Counted from the first letter of the stretch, positions 25,701-39,465 are shown. The stretch is 64,000 nt of DNA from Paraspadella gotoi (GCA_051294375.1 CM119267.1:2223869-2287868); one strand, 5' to 3'. The notes: generated by a model not told the origin, from the sequence alone. Program-made: numbers and translations.

Positions 25701-28700
25701 AGGTTTGGGCCAAGTAAGAAGTTGACCGTATGATGAGGTCTTGAAGGTTTGTGCAGCACGTATATGTGGTTAAAAATCTGCATATTTCACTTGACATTCG
25801 CACCACCTTTACAATTTGGCCACAAAAGGGAGAAGAAGGCTTAATTGAGAGGACTTTGGGAGACTTTTTTAAAAGTCGGAAAAAAAAAGGTAATTTTTTA
25901 AAATTTGTAACGAGTTCCTACAAAATATTCATCGATTTTAAATGCTACGCTTTTCGCGTCATAGAAGTAAGGGGCGAGAAAAGTAACAAGTTTTCCTTTG
26001 GGAAACTCAAATTCTTTGCTTTCCTTTTTCTCGGTCTCTTTTTTCTCTCTTTCCGTGTCGACCCTGAAAAAATAAATTTGCCACTTGCTGAGGCCGATGA
26101 AACTACAAAATAAAACGTTTTTTTCAACAACGATTTTTCAAGTTTGTGATTTATATTGAGTCATTCCTCCGCGATGATATAAACGTACTTATGGTACTAA
26201 TTTAATTTCTTATAGGACATTTTATTTTTTTTTCGGAAATGGCATTATATTATTCTGCCCAAAAGATTATATATTCTGCAAAAAAATGTGAAACCGTCAA
26301 GTTTCCAGCTTCATTTCGCTCAGTAACGAATGACCAGTCCACGCGGTAATCGCCAATCCGTTTGAGGGAAAATAGGTATATGTGAGGGTCAGAATGAGGA
26401 CAGAATCCGCGTTCGCGGGTCAAAAGGACCATAAAGCGTCGACAGGGATCAAATGAGTCATATGGTCCCGAGAAGAGAAAGTGATGATGTTCACTTCTCG
26501 ATCTTGAATTCGCTGGTTCTGTCTGTCCGTTTGTCGTTAAACTATTTTTTTTTTCTTTCAACATACAAATTTATCAATTAAAGTATATAATGTTTTTGCA
26601 AACTTGTTTGCCAACTTTTAAAAATCTGCATGAGGTTATTTTTTTTTCCATTGACACGATAAAATACAATTTAAAATAATTGACAGAATTAAAAATCGCA
26701 TAGCTAAGTAATCATCAGAAGATAACAGTTTATATATAATTAATTGTTTTTGTTTTAATTTTTTCAAATTAAAAATTTGAATGTTAAATTTTTACATTTT
26801 TTATTTTAAATTTAAAATTTTGCTTTTTTTATTTTAATTTTTAATTAAAATTTTAAATGAGGTTTGAATTTGAAATATTTTAATATTCCTAATGTACCTT
26901 TTCATCAAAAATAATTTAGCACCGCAACCCCCTATCTCCTCCCACACATCCTCCCCCACCCTCTACCTCCCACACTTCCTCTCACTCCTTCCTCGCCACA
27001 CTGCCTCCCCACATCCTTACCTCCCCACAACCTTCCACACAGTCCAACGGTCCCGCCTCGTCCTCTCCACATTCGTTGGCGGCGACACTTGAAGAACCGA
27101 CCGACGCCGCTTGCTTCCCCCCCCTCCCACGCGAGCGTCGTCGTTCGTCCTCGTCTCTCTCTTCCTCCTCTTCCTCGTCTCCTCTCCGTCGTCGGTCGTC
27201 TACGCAATCGGAGGCGTGCAGGCTGAGGATGAGATAGGTTGAGATGAGATGAAAGTTGAGATGGAGATGAGGTTTAGTTGAATATGAGATGAGTTGAGAG
27301 AGGATGAAGTTTGAGATGAGGATGAAGTTGAGATTGAGATTGAGGTTTAGTTTTTTGAAAAAAAAGTTTGAGAATGAATTGAGAGTGAGAATCAGGGTTT
27401 AAGTTCAGATGAGGATGAGGTTTTTGTTGAGGTCGTTGAGTTGAGAATGAGGTTGAGATCCACGTTGAAAGTTGTGATATTGAGATGAGGTTAAGTTGAG
27501 GTCGAGTGAGTTGAGTTGAGTTGAGTGAAGGTTGAGTTTAAGAGTGAGTCGAGACGGAGCGGAGATTGATTAGTTGAGCGTAGAGTTAGGATGAGATGAT
27601 TTATGAGATAGTTCCAGATCTGAATAATAGAGCTAGATGGATTTCACATTTTCATAAATGAATTCCATTGCTTTAATATACGTCATTTTAGTACCATTGC
27701 AGCATTTCTTCGTATGAATTGATTAAAGTATAAAAATATATTTAAAGAGAAAGAGAATTAGATATCTCCATCTCCTCTTAATTAATCTTCAGGTTCGCGT
27801 CAAAACAACGGACGCTCGAGCGACCTCGTCAGAGGGGCTTGTGGTGAAGACGTGGTCGCGTGAGCGGCGCCTGGCCTTACGCCACAGGCCTCCACAATGG
27901 TGGCCACTCTCTACAGGCGGACAAGCAGAAGGCGGAGAACGCCGGCGACCAAATCAAGTCTATCAAGCAGCGGCAGAAGAATGGCCGCGATGGAGTGAGA
28001 GCTTGGGAGAGAGATGAGAATGTACTGGGGAAAAGAGAAGGAATTTGATGGGAAAAGGAAGGAGGCTGGAGAAGAAGAGAATGACATTTGATGGGGAGGA
28101 GGAAAGGTAGGGCGAGGAAAAGAAAATGGAATCTGATGGGGGAGGACAGGAAAGGGCTGGAGAAAGAAATGAATTTGATGGGGGAAGAGAGGTAGGGCTG
28201 GAGAAAAAGAGAATGAAATTTGATGGGGAAATGACGAAAGGTCAGGGCTGAGAACAGCAGAATGGAATATGGGAGAATCTGAAATTAAGAAATTACAAAG
28301 GATAGTTTATAATGAATTTCTGAGATTTCGGGCAACGCATTACTATAAATCCTGACAAACATACGCAAAAGTTTTGTTTATATAATTTCTTTGGACAAAA
28401 AATTCACAACCAAACTTGCGTTTTTCCTTCATTGAATTCAGTGAACACGTCAATTGCTTGTGATAAAAACGATATATCTGCCACGCCGCTCGGTCACCGA
28501 AGAGAGCGGGAACGGAGCCTCTCCCCCCCCCCCCCGCCGCCGCTGGCCTCGCCCCTCTTCGGCTTACCCACACCTCTTTCCCTTCCTCTTACGCTCCACC
28601 ATCCGCTTTTCTCCCCTTCGCTCCCCTTCCTTCTCCGTTCCCTTGCCCCTCTTCCTTCCCCATCCGTATCCCCTTCCCTTTCCCCCTTCCTTCTCCCGTT

Positions 28701-30741
28701 CCCTCCCCCTTCCCTCCCCCCATCGCTTCCCTTCCCATTCCCTTTCTTCTCCTCCGTTCCTTCCTCTTCTTCCCCCATCGCTTCTCCCTTCCCTTCCCCC
28801 TTCCTCTCCGTTCCCTCCCCTTCCCTTCCCCCATCGCTTCTCCCTCTCCTTCCCCCTTTCCTTCTCCCGTTCCTTCCTCTTCCCTCCCCATTGCTCTCCC
28901 TTCCCTACCCACCTTTTCCTTAACAACCCCGTTCCTCCCCTCTTCCCTTCCCCCATCGCTTCTCCTCTTCCTTCCCTTTCTTCTCCCTCTCCCTCTTCCT
29001 TCCCATCGCTTCTCTCCCTTCCTCGCCCCCATCTTCCCCTTTTCTTCTCGTTCCTTCCATCCCTTCCTTCCACCATGGCTTCTCCCCTTCACTTCCCCTT
29101 TCCTTCTCCGTTCCTTCCGCTTCCTTCCCCCATCTCGGCTTCTCCCTTCTTCCCCCTTTCCTTCTCCCGTGTCCTTCCCCTTCCTTCCCCCACGCTTCTC
29201 TCTTCTTTGCCCCCATCCCTTCTCCTCTTCCCTCTCCCTTTCATTTCCCCCTTTCCTTCTCCGTTCCTCCCCTCTTCCTTACCCCCATCCGTCTCCCCTT
29301 CCCTTCGCCCTTACCATCCTCCCACCCTTTTCTTCTCCCTCTTCCCTTCCCTTCCCTTTCAACAATCGCTTCTCCCCTCCTTCCGGCCCTTCCTTCTCCC
29401 CTTCCCTTCCCTTCCTTCTCTTCTCCTTCTCTTCCCCCAATCGCTTTCTCCCTTTCCTTCCCCCTTTCTTCCCCCTTCCCTTCCCCTTTCCTTCCCGTCC
29501 CTTCCTCTCTTCCCTTCCCCATCGCTTTCTCCCCTTCCCTTCGCCCCATCCCTTCCCCCCTTTCCTTCTCCCGTTCCTTCCCCCTCCTTCCCCCATCGCT
29601 CTCCCCTTCCCTTCGCCCCCCATCCCTTCTCCCTTTCCTTCGCCCCTTCCCCGTTCCCTTCCCCTTCCCACCAATCGCTTCTCCCCTTCCACTTCCCCCT
29701 TTCCTTGTCCCGTTCCTTCCTCTTCCTTCCCTTCCCCCATCCGCTTCCCCCTTTCCTTGCCCCCTTTCCTTGCTCGCCTCCTTCGCCCCATCCCTTCACC
29801 CTTTCTTCTCCCTCCCTTCCCCCCTTCCCTTCCCCATCGCTTCTCCCGCTTCCTTCCCCCCTTTCCTTCCCCCTTCCCTTCCCCCCATTGCTTCCCTCTT
29901 CCGGAGTCCCCCCCCAATGTTTCCACGAAGTCGCTATGACTAATCAAAATCGTCAGAATCGTTTCGAGTTGGATGTGAATAAAAAAAATAAATAAATAAA
30001 CAAACTGACACTAACTACAAATATGTCATAATTATACGAAAATAAACTTCAAAAAATTAAAGACATCAAACGAAAAATGAGCAGAAAAAACCAACAAAAA
30101 ATAATTAGTGAAAGAGAAAAAAATTTAGCCCTGAAATTTAAACCAAGATGCAGACGGCGACTCCGGGAGGCGGGAGTGAAAACGCGCGAGGCGCATGTTT
30201 TTTTGAGGTCGGCGACACTTGGAACTAGAGTCAAAAATTTGGGGAAGAAGTGGAGGCGAATGCGGAGGCGCAAAAAACCATTGCGCGTTCGCCCTCTTGT
30301 GCTTTTGTTTTATACGCGAAAATTCAAAAATGGTTTTTTGCCAAATTATAACCTTTCTGTTGTTGCCTAAAATTGTTCTTTTTTCAGAAATTTAGATATT
30401 GCTAAATTCTGAAACGTTTATCAGCTGCCATTGGTTTTATATAATAAATTTTTTTAATCAAAAGAAATATTTCTTGTTCTGTTTAATTATTTTATCTAAT
30501 AAGTCTGTTGTACCATAAGGCATATATATGTTATATCTTTTTCTTTTAATACATTAATTCTCTAAAAAACAAAACAAACAAAAACAAAACAAACAAAACA
30601 AACTAAAAAAACAAACAAAAACAAAAGAAACAAAAGAAACAAAAAAACAAAAAAAACACAAACAAAACAAACAAAACAAACAATACAAACAAAACAAACA
30701 AAACAAAACAAAACAAAACAAAACAAAACATGACTCCCAAC

Positions 30742-30834
30742 CTCTAGCGCGTCGGAATCTCTGTCCTCGAATTCCCAGGAAATGTTTTCCGCCGGAACGA
30801 GAGGATTAGAAAGAATATCACATGAAATGTTGAA
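30742..30834 (-). CDS. IgSF receptor exon 5: Ig3 B-C strands (FNISCDILSNPLVPAENISWEFEDRDSDALE)
   Basis: Acceptor tttttcacag|TTC, donor GAG|GTTGGG. 93 nt, phase 0 to 0. Internal paralogue of exon 8. Confidence 0.9.
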
Positions 30835-31624
30835 CTGTGAAAAAAATGAGAATCAAAATAGTTTTAAATATAGTATTGTGAACGGGCTCTCTTTTCCCAT
30901 CGAGCCGCGTTTCTGTTTCCTTTTATAACCGAGTTTAGGTTTAATATTATTATTCGACTTTATGTTTAGACTTTTTTTTTCGTTGCAGTTTTAGGTTGAA
31001 CAAAAACAAAGTTTATTTGTTTACAAACAATGGGTTTTTATTAAAAAAAAAATATCCTTTTTTAAAAATAAAAACATATTGTTTATAAACAAATAAATTT
31101 TGGCTTCTCTTTATTATTCGATTTAAATATATTTTTAAACTTAAAACTAAATCCTTAACCCTAACCTAATTGTAAACTATTACCTTAAAAGCTTATTCTT
31201 AATTTTTAGCCTTAACCTGTAAGCTTAAACCCTAATCCTTGATCGGCAATCCTCATCTCTAACCATAATCATTAACCTAATTTCTAATCTTAATCACTAA
31301 CTTAATCTCTAACCTTATACCCAACCCTAACCTCCGACCAAATCTTCAATTAAAAAAAAAAAAAAACTTAATTCCAAATATAAGTTGAAATGGGGGGCTC
31401 TAGAAAAATAAGGCCGATCGGTCACAGGTTTGGGGCGAGAAGAGGAGGAGGAAGAAGAAAAAGATGCAGATGTCATCAAATGTAATTAGTTTTTCACGAG
31501 TGAAAGTCACTTCTTATCTCTTGTTTCCTTTATGATGTGAGATGAACACTATCTCTGTCTCTGTCTGTATCAATATCTGCATCGACTTCAAATTACTGCT
31601 AATTTAATGAGTTCCTAGCATCAG

Positions 31625-31655
<31 letters not shown>

Positions 31656-32199
31656 ATCAACTAAAAAACTCGAGCTTCCGCCGATAAAATTAACAAGTAC
31701 CTCGTTCGTTTAATTCGAAACCATTAGTCGATTAATATCTATGATGAGTTTTTTTTTAGATTAAAGATATCAGTTATTAATTTTTGCTTTTAATTAATTA
31801 ACATTTCTCGATCAATTAAAGTTATAAGAGTTTTCCTCCGTCTCCCCTTTTCAACATCTCTTATCATCTGTCGGCATCTGTCAGCATCTGTCGGCCTCTA
31901 TTGCCATCTGTCGGCATCTGTCCACTTTTGCTGATCTTGCCGTTTTGACGTCTTAACGTCTAGAAAGTCTTAACTGCCAGGTGGGGGACCTTTTGCGGTG
32001 CAGCAATGACGGAAAAAGATCACCAACGCCGACACGAGAGTGTAGAACTCGCCTTCGGTGACCCAGCCATGCTCACCTTGTTGGAATGTCGCTATGAACC
32101 GATCCATGCTCCCCTTGCTGGCATGACGCGACTGTCTCACCCATGCAAACCTTATTGGCATTATGCCGCTCTCCGTCCCTACCCAGTACCCATATTGCT

Positions 32200-32385
32200 G
32201 ACATGCCTGACTCTCCCATCCATGCCCAGATTACCCACCTTGCTGGCATGCCTCCACCCAGCCATCCATGCGCAGATTACCCACCTTGCTGGCATGCCTA
32301 CACCCAGCCATCCATGCCCAGAATGCCCACCTTGCTGGCATGCCTCCACCCTGCCATCCATGCCCAGATTGCCCACCTTGCTGGC
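32200..32385. repeat. About 46-bp tandem repeat overlapping the exon 4 donor (CCATCCATGCCCAGATTACCCACCTTGCTGGCATGCCTCCACCCAG)
   Basis: About 4 copies, each carrying the CAAG|GTGGG donor-like motif on the minus strand. Confidence 0.85.
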
Positions 32386-32536
32386 GTCCTCGGGAAAGAG
32401 ATGTTCCCTCTGACATCTCAACTGCGGCCCATAGATGATGTTGAGATGATTATATCCGCAAGAGAGAAGAGGCAGAGATTCGTTCCAATGATCGTGAGAA
32501 ACTTCGCAACGAAGGGAACTCCCGTGGTCGAAGTAG
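32377..32536 (-). CDS. IgSF receptor exon 4: end of C2-type Ig2 (YFDHGSSLRCEVSHDHWNESLPLLSCGYNHLNIIYGPQLRCQREHLFPEDASK)
   Basis: D-H-G-x-x-L-x-C-x-V-x-H…L-N-I-x-Y-x-P is typical of nephrin/nectin-like C2 domains. ccccacag|C and AAG|GTGGGC, 160 nt, phase 2 to 0. Confidence 0.9.
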
Positions 32537-32659
32537 CTGTGGGGAAAGTGTGGGGAAAGTGTGGGGAAAAGAGTGGGGAAAAGTGTGGAGGATGGTGTGT
32601 GGATAGTTTGGGAAGTGTAATTTGAAAAAAGTTAAACGTCATACCAATTTAATATAAAC

Positions 32660-32908
32660 TCATTAATATCAAGTCGTGTATCTGTGGATAAGGCGCTGCG
32701 TGGGCTGAAGATGACTGTCCGTAACTTCTATAACCCCCTCTAGCAGCCATGGAACGGGTCCCTGGGCTTGGAACCAGGCTTGAGGGTTTGCCATGCCCCC
32801 AAGGCGGCTTACGGCCGTCCTCACGCTTCCCGCAGGGTAGGTACCGGGTTGGGATTGAACCCGGTACCTAGTGGTCATGAGCTGATGGCTTTACTCAATG
32901 AGCCACCG
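32660..32908 (-). mobile_element. tRNA-derived SINE candidate
   Basis: Minus strand GGTGGCTCATTGAG (A-box) and GGGTTCAATCCC (B-box), then a GC-rich non-tRNA body. The 3' end is approximate. Confidence 0.5.
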
Positions 32909-33294
32909 GGTCATGATTCTAGGCGGGGTGAACCGAGGCAATGCCCGACTACATATCATTTTAGTTGATGTACATTAATTTTAAACGATTTTAACTTGGT
33001 GTAAAAGTTCCTCCTATATGATACGTTAGAATTTCGTCACATGTAATTCATCATTTCTCACTTTATATCACATCTCATGTCACGAACCCTGTCAAATTAC
33101 ATCCTCCTAAAAAAGTTATATTTCGTGCCGAATTTCACGTAACACGTAACATGTCGCGTCTCATGTCATTTTCTCACTTGGCGTCTTATCTCACATCGTG
33201 TGACTCTCAAAAACTCACGAGGGATTAAGATCACTCAAAAGATTAAGATTAAGATTAAGATTAAGATTAAGATTAAGATCACTCAAAAACTCAC

Positions 33295-33519
33295 GAGGGA
33301 TTGAGATCAAAGGTGCTCATGGTTTTGTCGGTGAGATAAATGACGCTGCCCGGGTCGGAGCTCCGACCTCTCACCCAACGGAGGTGAGGTCGGAGTCCCT
33401 CGGAGGAAACGACTTGACACGAGAAAGAGGTGAGTCTGTTCTCTTCGAGGATTGGGTTTTGGGGGATGCAGACCGGAGGCTCCACCACGATCAGTTTGGC
33501 CGTCAGGATGTTGGTGCAT
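33295..33519 (-). CDS. IgSF receptor exon 3: end of V-set Ig1 and first part of Ig2 (CTNILTAKLIVVEPPVCIPQNPILEENRLTSFSCQVVSSEGLRPHLRW…STFDLNPS)
   Basis: Acceptor ctccgccag|A, donor TC|GTGAGT. 225 nt, phase 2 to 2. Ig C…P-x-L-x-W motif. Confidence 0.9.
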
Positions 33520-34116
33520 CTGGCGGAGAGATTTGGAGAAGAGAATTAAATTGAGGGATAAGCAAGATGAAAATTGAACGTTCGTTTAATAATTAAGCAA
33601 TCATGCTCCTGACTTTGGTTGTTAAATGCCTTCATCACTCTTAATAGATTTAATGACATACCAGGTCCCTGGAAGCTTTCGATCAAGACTCTCTCACATT
33701 CGAGATTATTCACTCTCAGAGCACCTGGCTTTCTTATCAATGAAGTGGTAGACTGATTTTATGGCATAATTATGAACAGTTTCAATTGAACTTAAAATTA
33801 ACACTATATTTGTTTAAACCATTCCAGCCTCTTTATTTACATAAAACTAATGTAAATAATAAATATTTATTATTGATATTGATATATATATATATATATA
33901 TTGATATGGGTTATTATTTCTGTAATGATTAGTATGATTATTAATTATTATTTTTCAATTCATCCTTAACGGAAAAAAAAATCCTGATCTTCCTGACAAA
34001 AAAAAATTTAAGAATAAAAATGAATAAGAAAAACTTTGAAATGAAAAAAAGAAAAAAAGTTGAAAGAATCTTTTGTTAATTTAATTGTTGATCGTCGCGT
34101 CGGACGTCCGATAGAG

Positions 34117-34186
<70 letters not shown>

Positions 34187-34321
34187 GAGAGAGAGAGTAA
34201 GACATAACGAATCAAGGACATAGTAGTTAATGAGAGACACAAAAAAAAAGAATTGATGACAAAGAAAAACTTTTTTTTGTTTCTTAATTCGCTGACAACT
34301 TCGCTGTCCTTTTCATTTGTT

Positions 34322-34359
<38 letters not shown>

Positions 34360-34379
34360 TCTCTCTCTCTCTCTCTATC

Positions 34380-34414
<35 letters not shown>

Positions 34415-34502
34415 GTCTTCTCCACGTTTCTTCTCTTTTTTATTATTTCATCCCTTTTTCTCATTGAATTTTCATTCTCTCTTTTAACATCGGGTTCTCT
34501 TA

Positions 34503-34558
<56 letters not shown>

Positions 34559-35813
34559 CTGCTCCCTCCCTCCCTCCCTCCCTCTCTCCCCATCCCTTTC
34601 ATCGCCTCGGATTCAATTCCATTTCTTCTGCTTTTTATTCATGAATTTTAATTCAGACTCTCGGAGGTCAACTTGAGACTTGAATGGAGAGAGAGAAAGG
34701 AGTGAAAGATGAATAAAAAGGGAAGCAGCAATTGTTTCCTCGTGATTATATAAGGAATAGAGATGTCACGTCTCGACTCGAGAGTCTCGGCGTGAGAGAT
34801 TTCCTCTCTTTATTCTTTTCTTTTCTTCTTTTCTATTTTTACTCTCTTTTTTCTCAATGTTTTCTATTTCACTATTTTATTTTTTTTTTCATTTCCTATC
34901 CTTTTATTTCATAATTTTATTTCTCAGTCACTTTTCGGTCGGTCTGTCGGTCGGTCGGTATGTACGTCCGTCTGTCTGTCCCTTTTACGTTTAAAATGAA
35001 TATAATTTGCCTATAGTTGGTTGCTCATTTGTTAATACAGAAAAAAACATCAAATTTAAGGGACTGCTAGCGCCGCCTTCAGGCATTCCTAAAACTGGTG
35101 CAGTGCATGTCATAAATATAGGGCAAAGAAAATTTTTTAGACATGCCATGACATGTCATGTCATGTCATATCACGTGATCAAAGGGAAATACACGTAAAA
35201 ACAAAGTCACAAAACATTGGAATTACCGTTCTCTTTTTCCTTTCATGTTACTCATTTTTTCCTTTTATTTTCCTTAATTTGCTTCGGTCCATTTTCCTTT
35301 TATTTTCTCTTTTCCAAGGATTTTTTTCCTTTTTCTTCTTGGACGCGGGTTTTGCTATTATTCTTTCGTAAACAAAAAACAAAAGTAACGCAAACAATTA
35401 AAGACTGAAAAAACAAACGGAGAAAAAGGAAACGTAATTACAGCTAAACGATTCTTAATTGCTTTTCGCACTAATTTTGAGCTATTAACTTAGTAGGCCG
35501 TTTTGTTCTTGTTTCTGCAGCAAAAATCATTGCCTTTCTCCTTCTTTCTATTACTCTCTCTCTCTCTCNNNNNNNNNNNNNNNNNNNNNNNNNNNNNNNN
35601 NNNNNNNNNNNNNNNNNNNNNNNNNNNNNNNNNNNNNNNNNNNNNNNNNNNNNNNNNNNNNNNNNNNNNNNNNNNNNNNNNNNNNNNNNNNNNNNNNNNN
35701 NNNNNNNNNNNNNNNNNNNNNNNNNNNNNNNNNATCCAAACTTTTCTGAATATTTTTTTTCTTCTTTGCGTCGATTTTATTTTCTGAGAGAGTAACTTCT
35801 TCTCTGCCCTTTT

Positions 35814-35903
<90 letters not shown>

Positions 35904-37075
35904 ACCCCCTTTTACTCGTTCCGGTCAAAAAGGCAAAGACAGATGATTTCTAAAGAACACCAAGAGCTCAGAAGAACTGCATTTTTTCCGAGGGCTTATA
36001 TCTGCCCATTTTTCTGCCCATTTTTTTTTGCCCTGATTCTTACCATTTGCCGATTTGGGGTCGCGGTCAATAACTCTCTCTAATTTCCCCGTCTGGGTCT
36101 TCGGGTTTTCAGCTATTAGGCTTCCTGGTCTCCCCGGGTTTTTTGGGACTAGGTTTTCCGATATATTCATTTTTTGAGACATCACATATTTTCTTTTGCT
36201 TCTTTTATAAATTGATTGAAACCTTCAGTCTCGCATCGAACTGACTTTTTAAGTTTTTGCCTCCAAGAGTGTTCAGTCGTGGTTCTAAGGTCCTCTCTCT
36301 TGGGTCTCAGGTTCTTCAATCTTGTCTTAACAGGTCTCAAGTCATGGGTGAAAGGAACTGCAGAATAGGAAAACAGGGTCTTCTTGGTCCTTAGGTCCTA
36401 AAAAGTTTCGATTTTTGGGTTCGTAGGTCTCTCCCCTTTTTTTTCGCTGAGAGAAAAAATCGATAATGCAAAGTTTGTTCACTTGGTAAAGATTATAATG
36501 AATATAAAAATTATGTTAAACATTTATGGTTCATTATTTTTAAACGCTTGAAAAAGTATCATATCTTTTTCCCATTAATTCTAGTAATTGAATTTACTAA
36601 CTTAGAAACATTATTTGGGTTTAACGAACAAGTCAGTATGCAAATTTCATTTAAGTTCGCGGTCAACCTTTTCAAAGAGGAAAAGGAAAAGAAGTAACTT
36701 TAGTCTAGACGTCTCTCTCTCTCTCTCTCTCTCNNNNNNNNNNNNNNNNNNNNNNNNNNNNNNNNNNNNNNNNNNNNNNNNNNNNNNNNNNNNNNNNNNN
36801 NNNNNNNNNNNNNNNNNNNNNNNNNNNNNNNNNNNNNNNNNNNNNNNNNNNNNNNNNNNNNNNNNNNNNNNNNNNNNNNNNNNNNNNNNNNNNNNNNNNN
36901 NNNNNNNNNNNNNNNNNNNNNNNNNNNNNNNNNNNNNNNNNNNNNNNNNNNNNNNNNNNNNNNNNNNNNNNNNNNNNNNNNNGCCGAGTTTCTCGATCTC
37001 CGGAGCGAAAAGCAGTTTCTTGCCTTTCATCGAATATTTCATCCGACGGGCGGGAAGAGAGAAAAATGAAAGACG

Positions 37076-37194
<119 letters not shown>

Positions 37195-38550
37195 ATAGAT
37201 CAAAGAACAGAGACGATAGATAAATAGATAAATTGAAAGATAGTTGATGATCGATAGATAGATAGCCAGACAGATAGATAGATAAATAGATAGATAACTA
37301 GATAAATAGGTAGATAGATAAAAGGAAAGAAGGATGAATAGAGAAAGCAAAGAGCGATAGCGAGACAGAGTCGATGCCAAATATTTTTCCGTCTTTTCTC
37401 AAAGAACATTCATCACGAGGAAAAGAGGGAGAAGTAGAGAGGGAGGGGGAGAGGAAGAGAAAGAGAGAGAGGGAGACGGAGAGGGGGCGAGGGAAGGGAG
37501 GAGNNNNNNNNNNNNNNNNNNNNNNNNNNNNNNNNNNNNNNNNNNNNNNNNNNNNNNNNNNNNNNNNNNNNNNNNNNNNNNNNNNNNNNNNNNNNNNNNN
37601 NNNNNNNNNNNNNNNNNNNNNNNNNNNNNNNNNNNNNNNNNNNNNNNNNNNNNNNNNNNNNNNNNNNNNNNNNNNNNNNNNNNNNNNNNNNNNNNNNNNN
37701 NNNNNNNNNNNNNNNNNNNNNNNNNNNNNNNNNNNNNNNNNNNNNNNNNNNNNNNNNNNNNNGGTGGTCGTGAATGTGGACAAAGATTTGGGCAGAGATG
37801 TGGGCAGAGATGAGGACTTTTGTTGGAATCGTCAACGATGAAATGACGACGACAACAACAACAATAACAATAACAACAACAACGATATGACGAACGACAA
37901 AAACGACGACGACTAAGATTTTTTTAAAAGATTTTTCACTTTAACGTTTTCGATGTGAAATATTTGTAGCTTTTAATTGAGTTAGGACGCCTCATTTATC
38001 CAAAAAAACATTCGCCACGATATTTGTCCTTTAATCAATGATTTGGTCTCAATGAACAAGAAAGATATTTTTAAAGATACTAATCGTTCTGAACATCTTA
38101 TTTTACTTGACTTTACATTTTTTAACTTAAATTTATCTTTCTTGAATTAACTTTACTTCATTTTACTTTACTTTACATTTTTTCTACTTTACATAATATT
38201 TCTTTTCTTTACCTTTCTTAACTTTACTTTTACTTTCCTTTTCTTTACTTTACCTTTATTTAATTAACTTTACCTTACTTTACTTTCCCCACGCCACTCT
38301 TTCCTCTCTCCTCGATCGAGGAAGTTCATAATTTCTCTTCCGGTTTCGAGCGACGTCATATTTTGGGTGAGTAATGATTACGTCACGAGATTTATGGTGA
38401 GGTTATGGTGAGGTTATGTTGAGGTCAGGTCATCGGATCGCGAGGCGGGGCGTCGAAAGGTCGAGGAGAGGTCAAGACTTTTGGGTGAGGCAGAAATAGG
38501 GAGCGGAGGGAAAAGGGGGCTGAGGGGGAGAAGACAAAGAGGGTAAGGAG

Positions 38551-38635
<85 letters not shown>

Positions 38636-38959
38636 ATGGATGCGGCTGAGATGGAAGATGTGTCGAATGTTTAAGGGGCGATAATAGGTAGAGAGATGAC
38701 CTTTGTTTACAAATTGGCTTCAAATTTAAAAAGTCTTTATATCCTAAAAAAATAACTTTTTTTTTTCGTTTAACGAATTGAAAAAAAATGCTTGGCAAAT
38801 ATTGGTGAACGAGGTGATCGGTGATGGGAAATGCTTGAAACAGAAGGCTGATGAGTGATGAAGATGATTAGTGACGGTGATTAGTGAGGTTGATGGTGAT
38901 TAGTGAAAGTGATAAGGCGATAAATGGCGATTCACTTCTGGGGTGAGAACCCGTCTCTG

Positions 38960-39305
38960 GCATTGGTCGGAGTCGGTTGGAATCGGTCGGAGTTAGTCGG
39001 CCTCGATCTGCATCAGTCGGAGTGGTTTGGAAACCGTAAAAATTGGTAGGAGACAATAGGATCGGTCGGAGTTCATTGGAAACTGTCGGTATTAGTCAGA
39101 GTCGGTCGGAATTTGTCGGAGTCGGTCGGAGTACATCATAATTCCCCGTCTCTGACATTGGTTAGAGTTGGTCAGAATTGGACGGAATTAGTCGGTCTCG
39201 ATCTGAATCAGTCGGAGTGATTTGGAATCGGTAAAAATCGGTAGTAGACAATGGAATTGGTCGGAGTCGGCTGGAGTTGGTCGGAGTTGGTCGGAGTTGA
39301 TCGGC
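38960..39305. repeat. Degenerate 10-bp repeat (GTCGGAGTTG)
   Basis: Visible periodicity, mirrored at ~51830-52175. Confidence 0.75.
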
Positions 39306-39397
39306 GTAGGGAGAAAAACGTGTTGGAACTGAGGTCAGGGTTCGAGCGTTGCCCTTTGGTGGTCGGCATAAACAATTTTTAAGGCGAGGTGCTAATG

Positions 39398-39465
<68 letters not shown>

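Larger units (their letters stand above)
14553..30144. repeat. Large inverted duplication 1: left arm 14553-22129, right arm 22611-30144
   Basis: The right arm is the reverse complement of the left throughout, including exon copies on + (e.g. 23051-23185, ~25433-25616, ~27793-27993) broken by 1-bp indels. A 25-N gap lies at 22130-22154. Confidence 0.95.

Noticed and set aside
22611-30144. Plus-strand exon copies as a second paralogous gene or pseudogene
   Set aside because: Differences are mostly single-base indels spread evenly over exons and introns, which fits read error better than evolution.
32845-32908. Functional tRNA gene (also 9822-9880)
   Set aside because: A/B boxes are present, but I could not fold a convincing cloverleaf or see a poly-T terminator, so these are treated as SINE heads.
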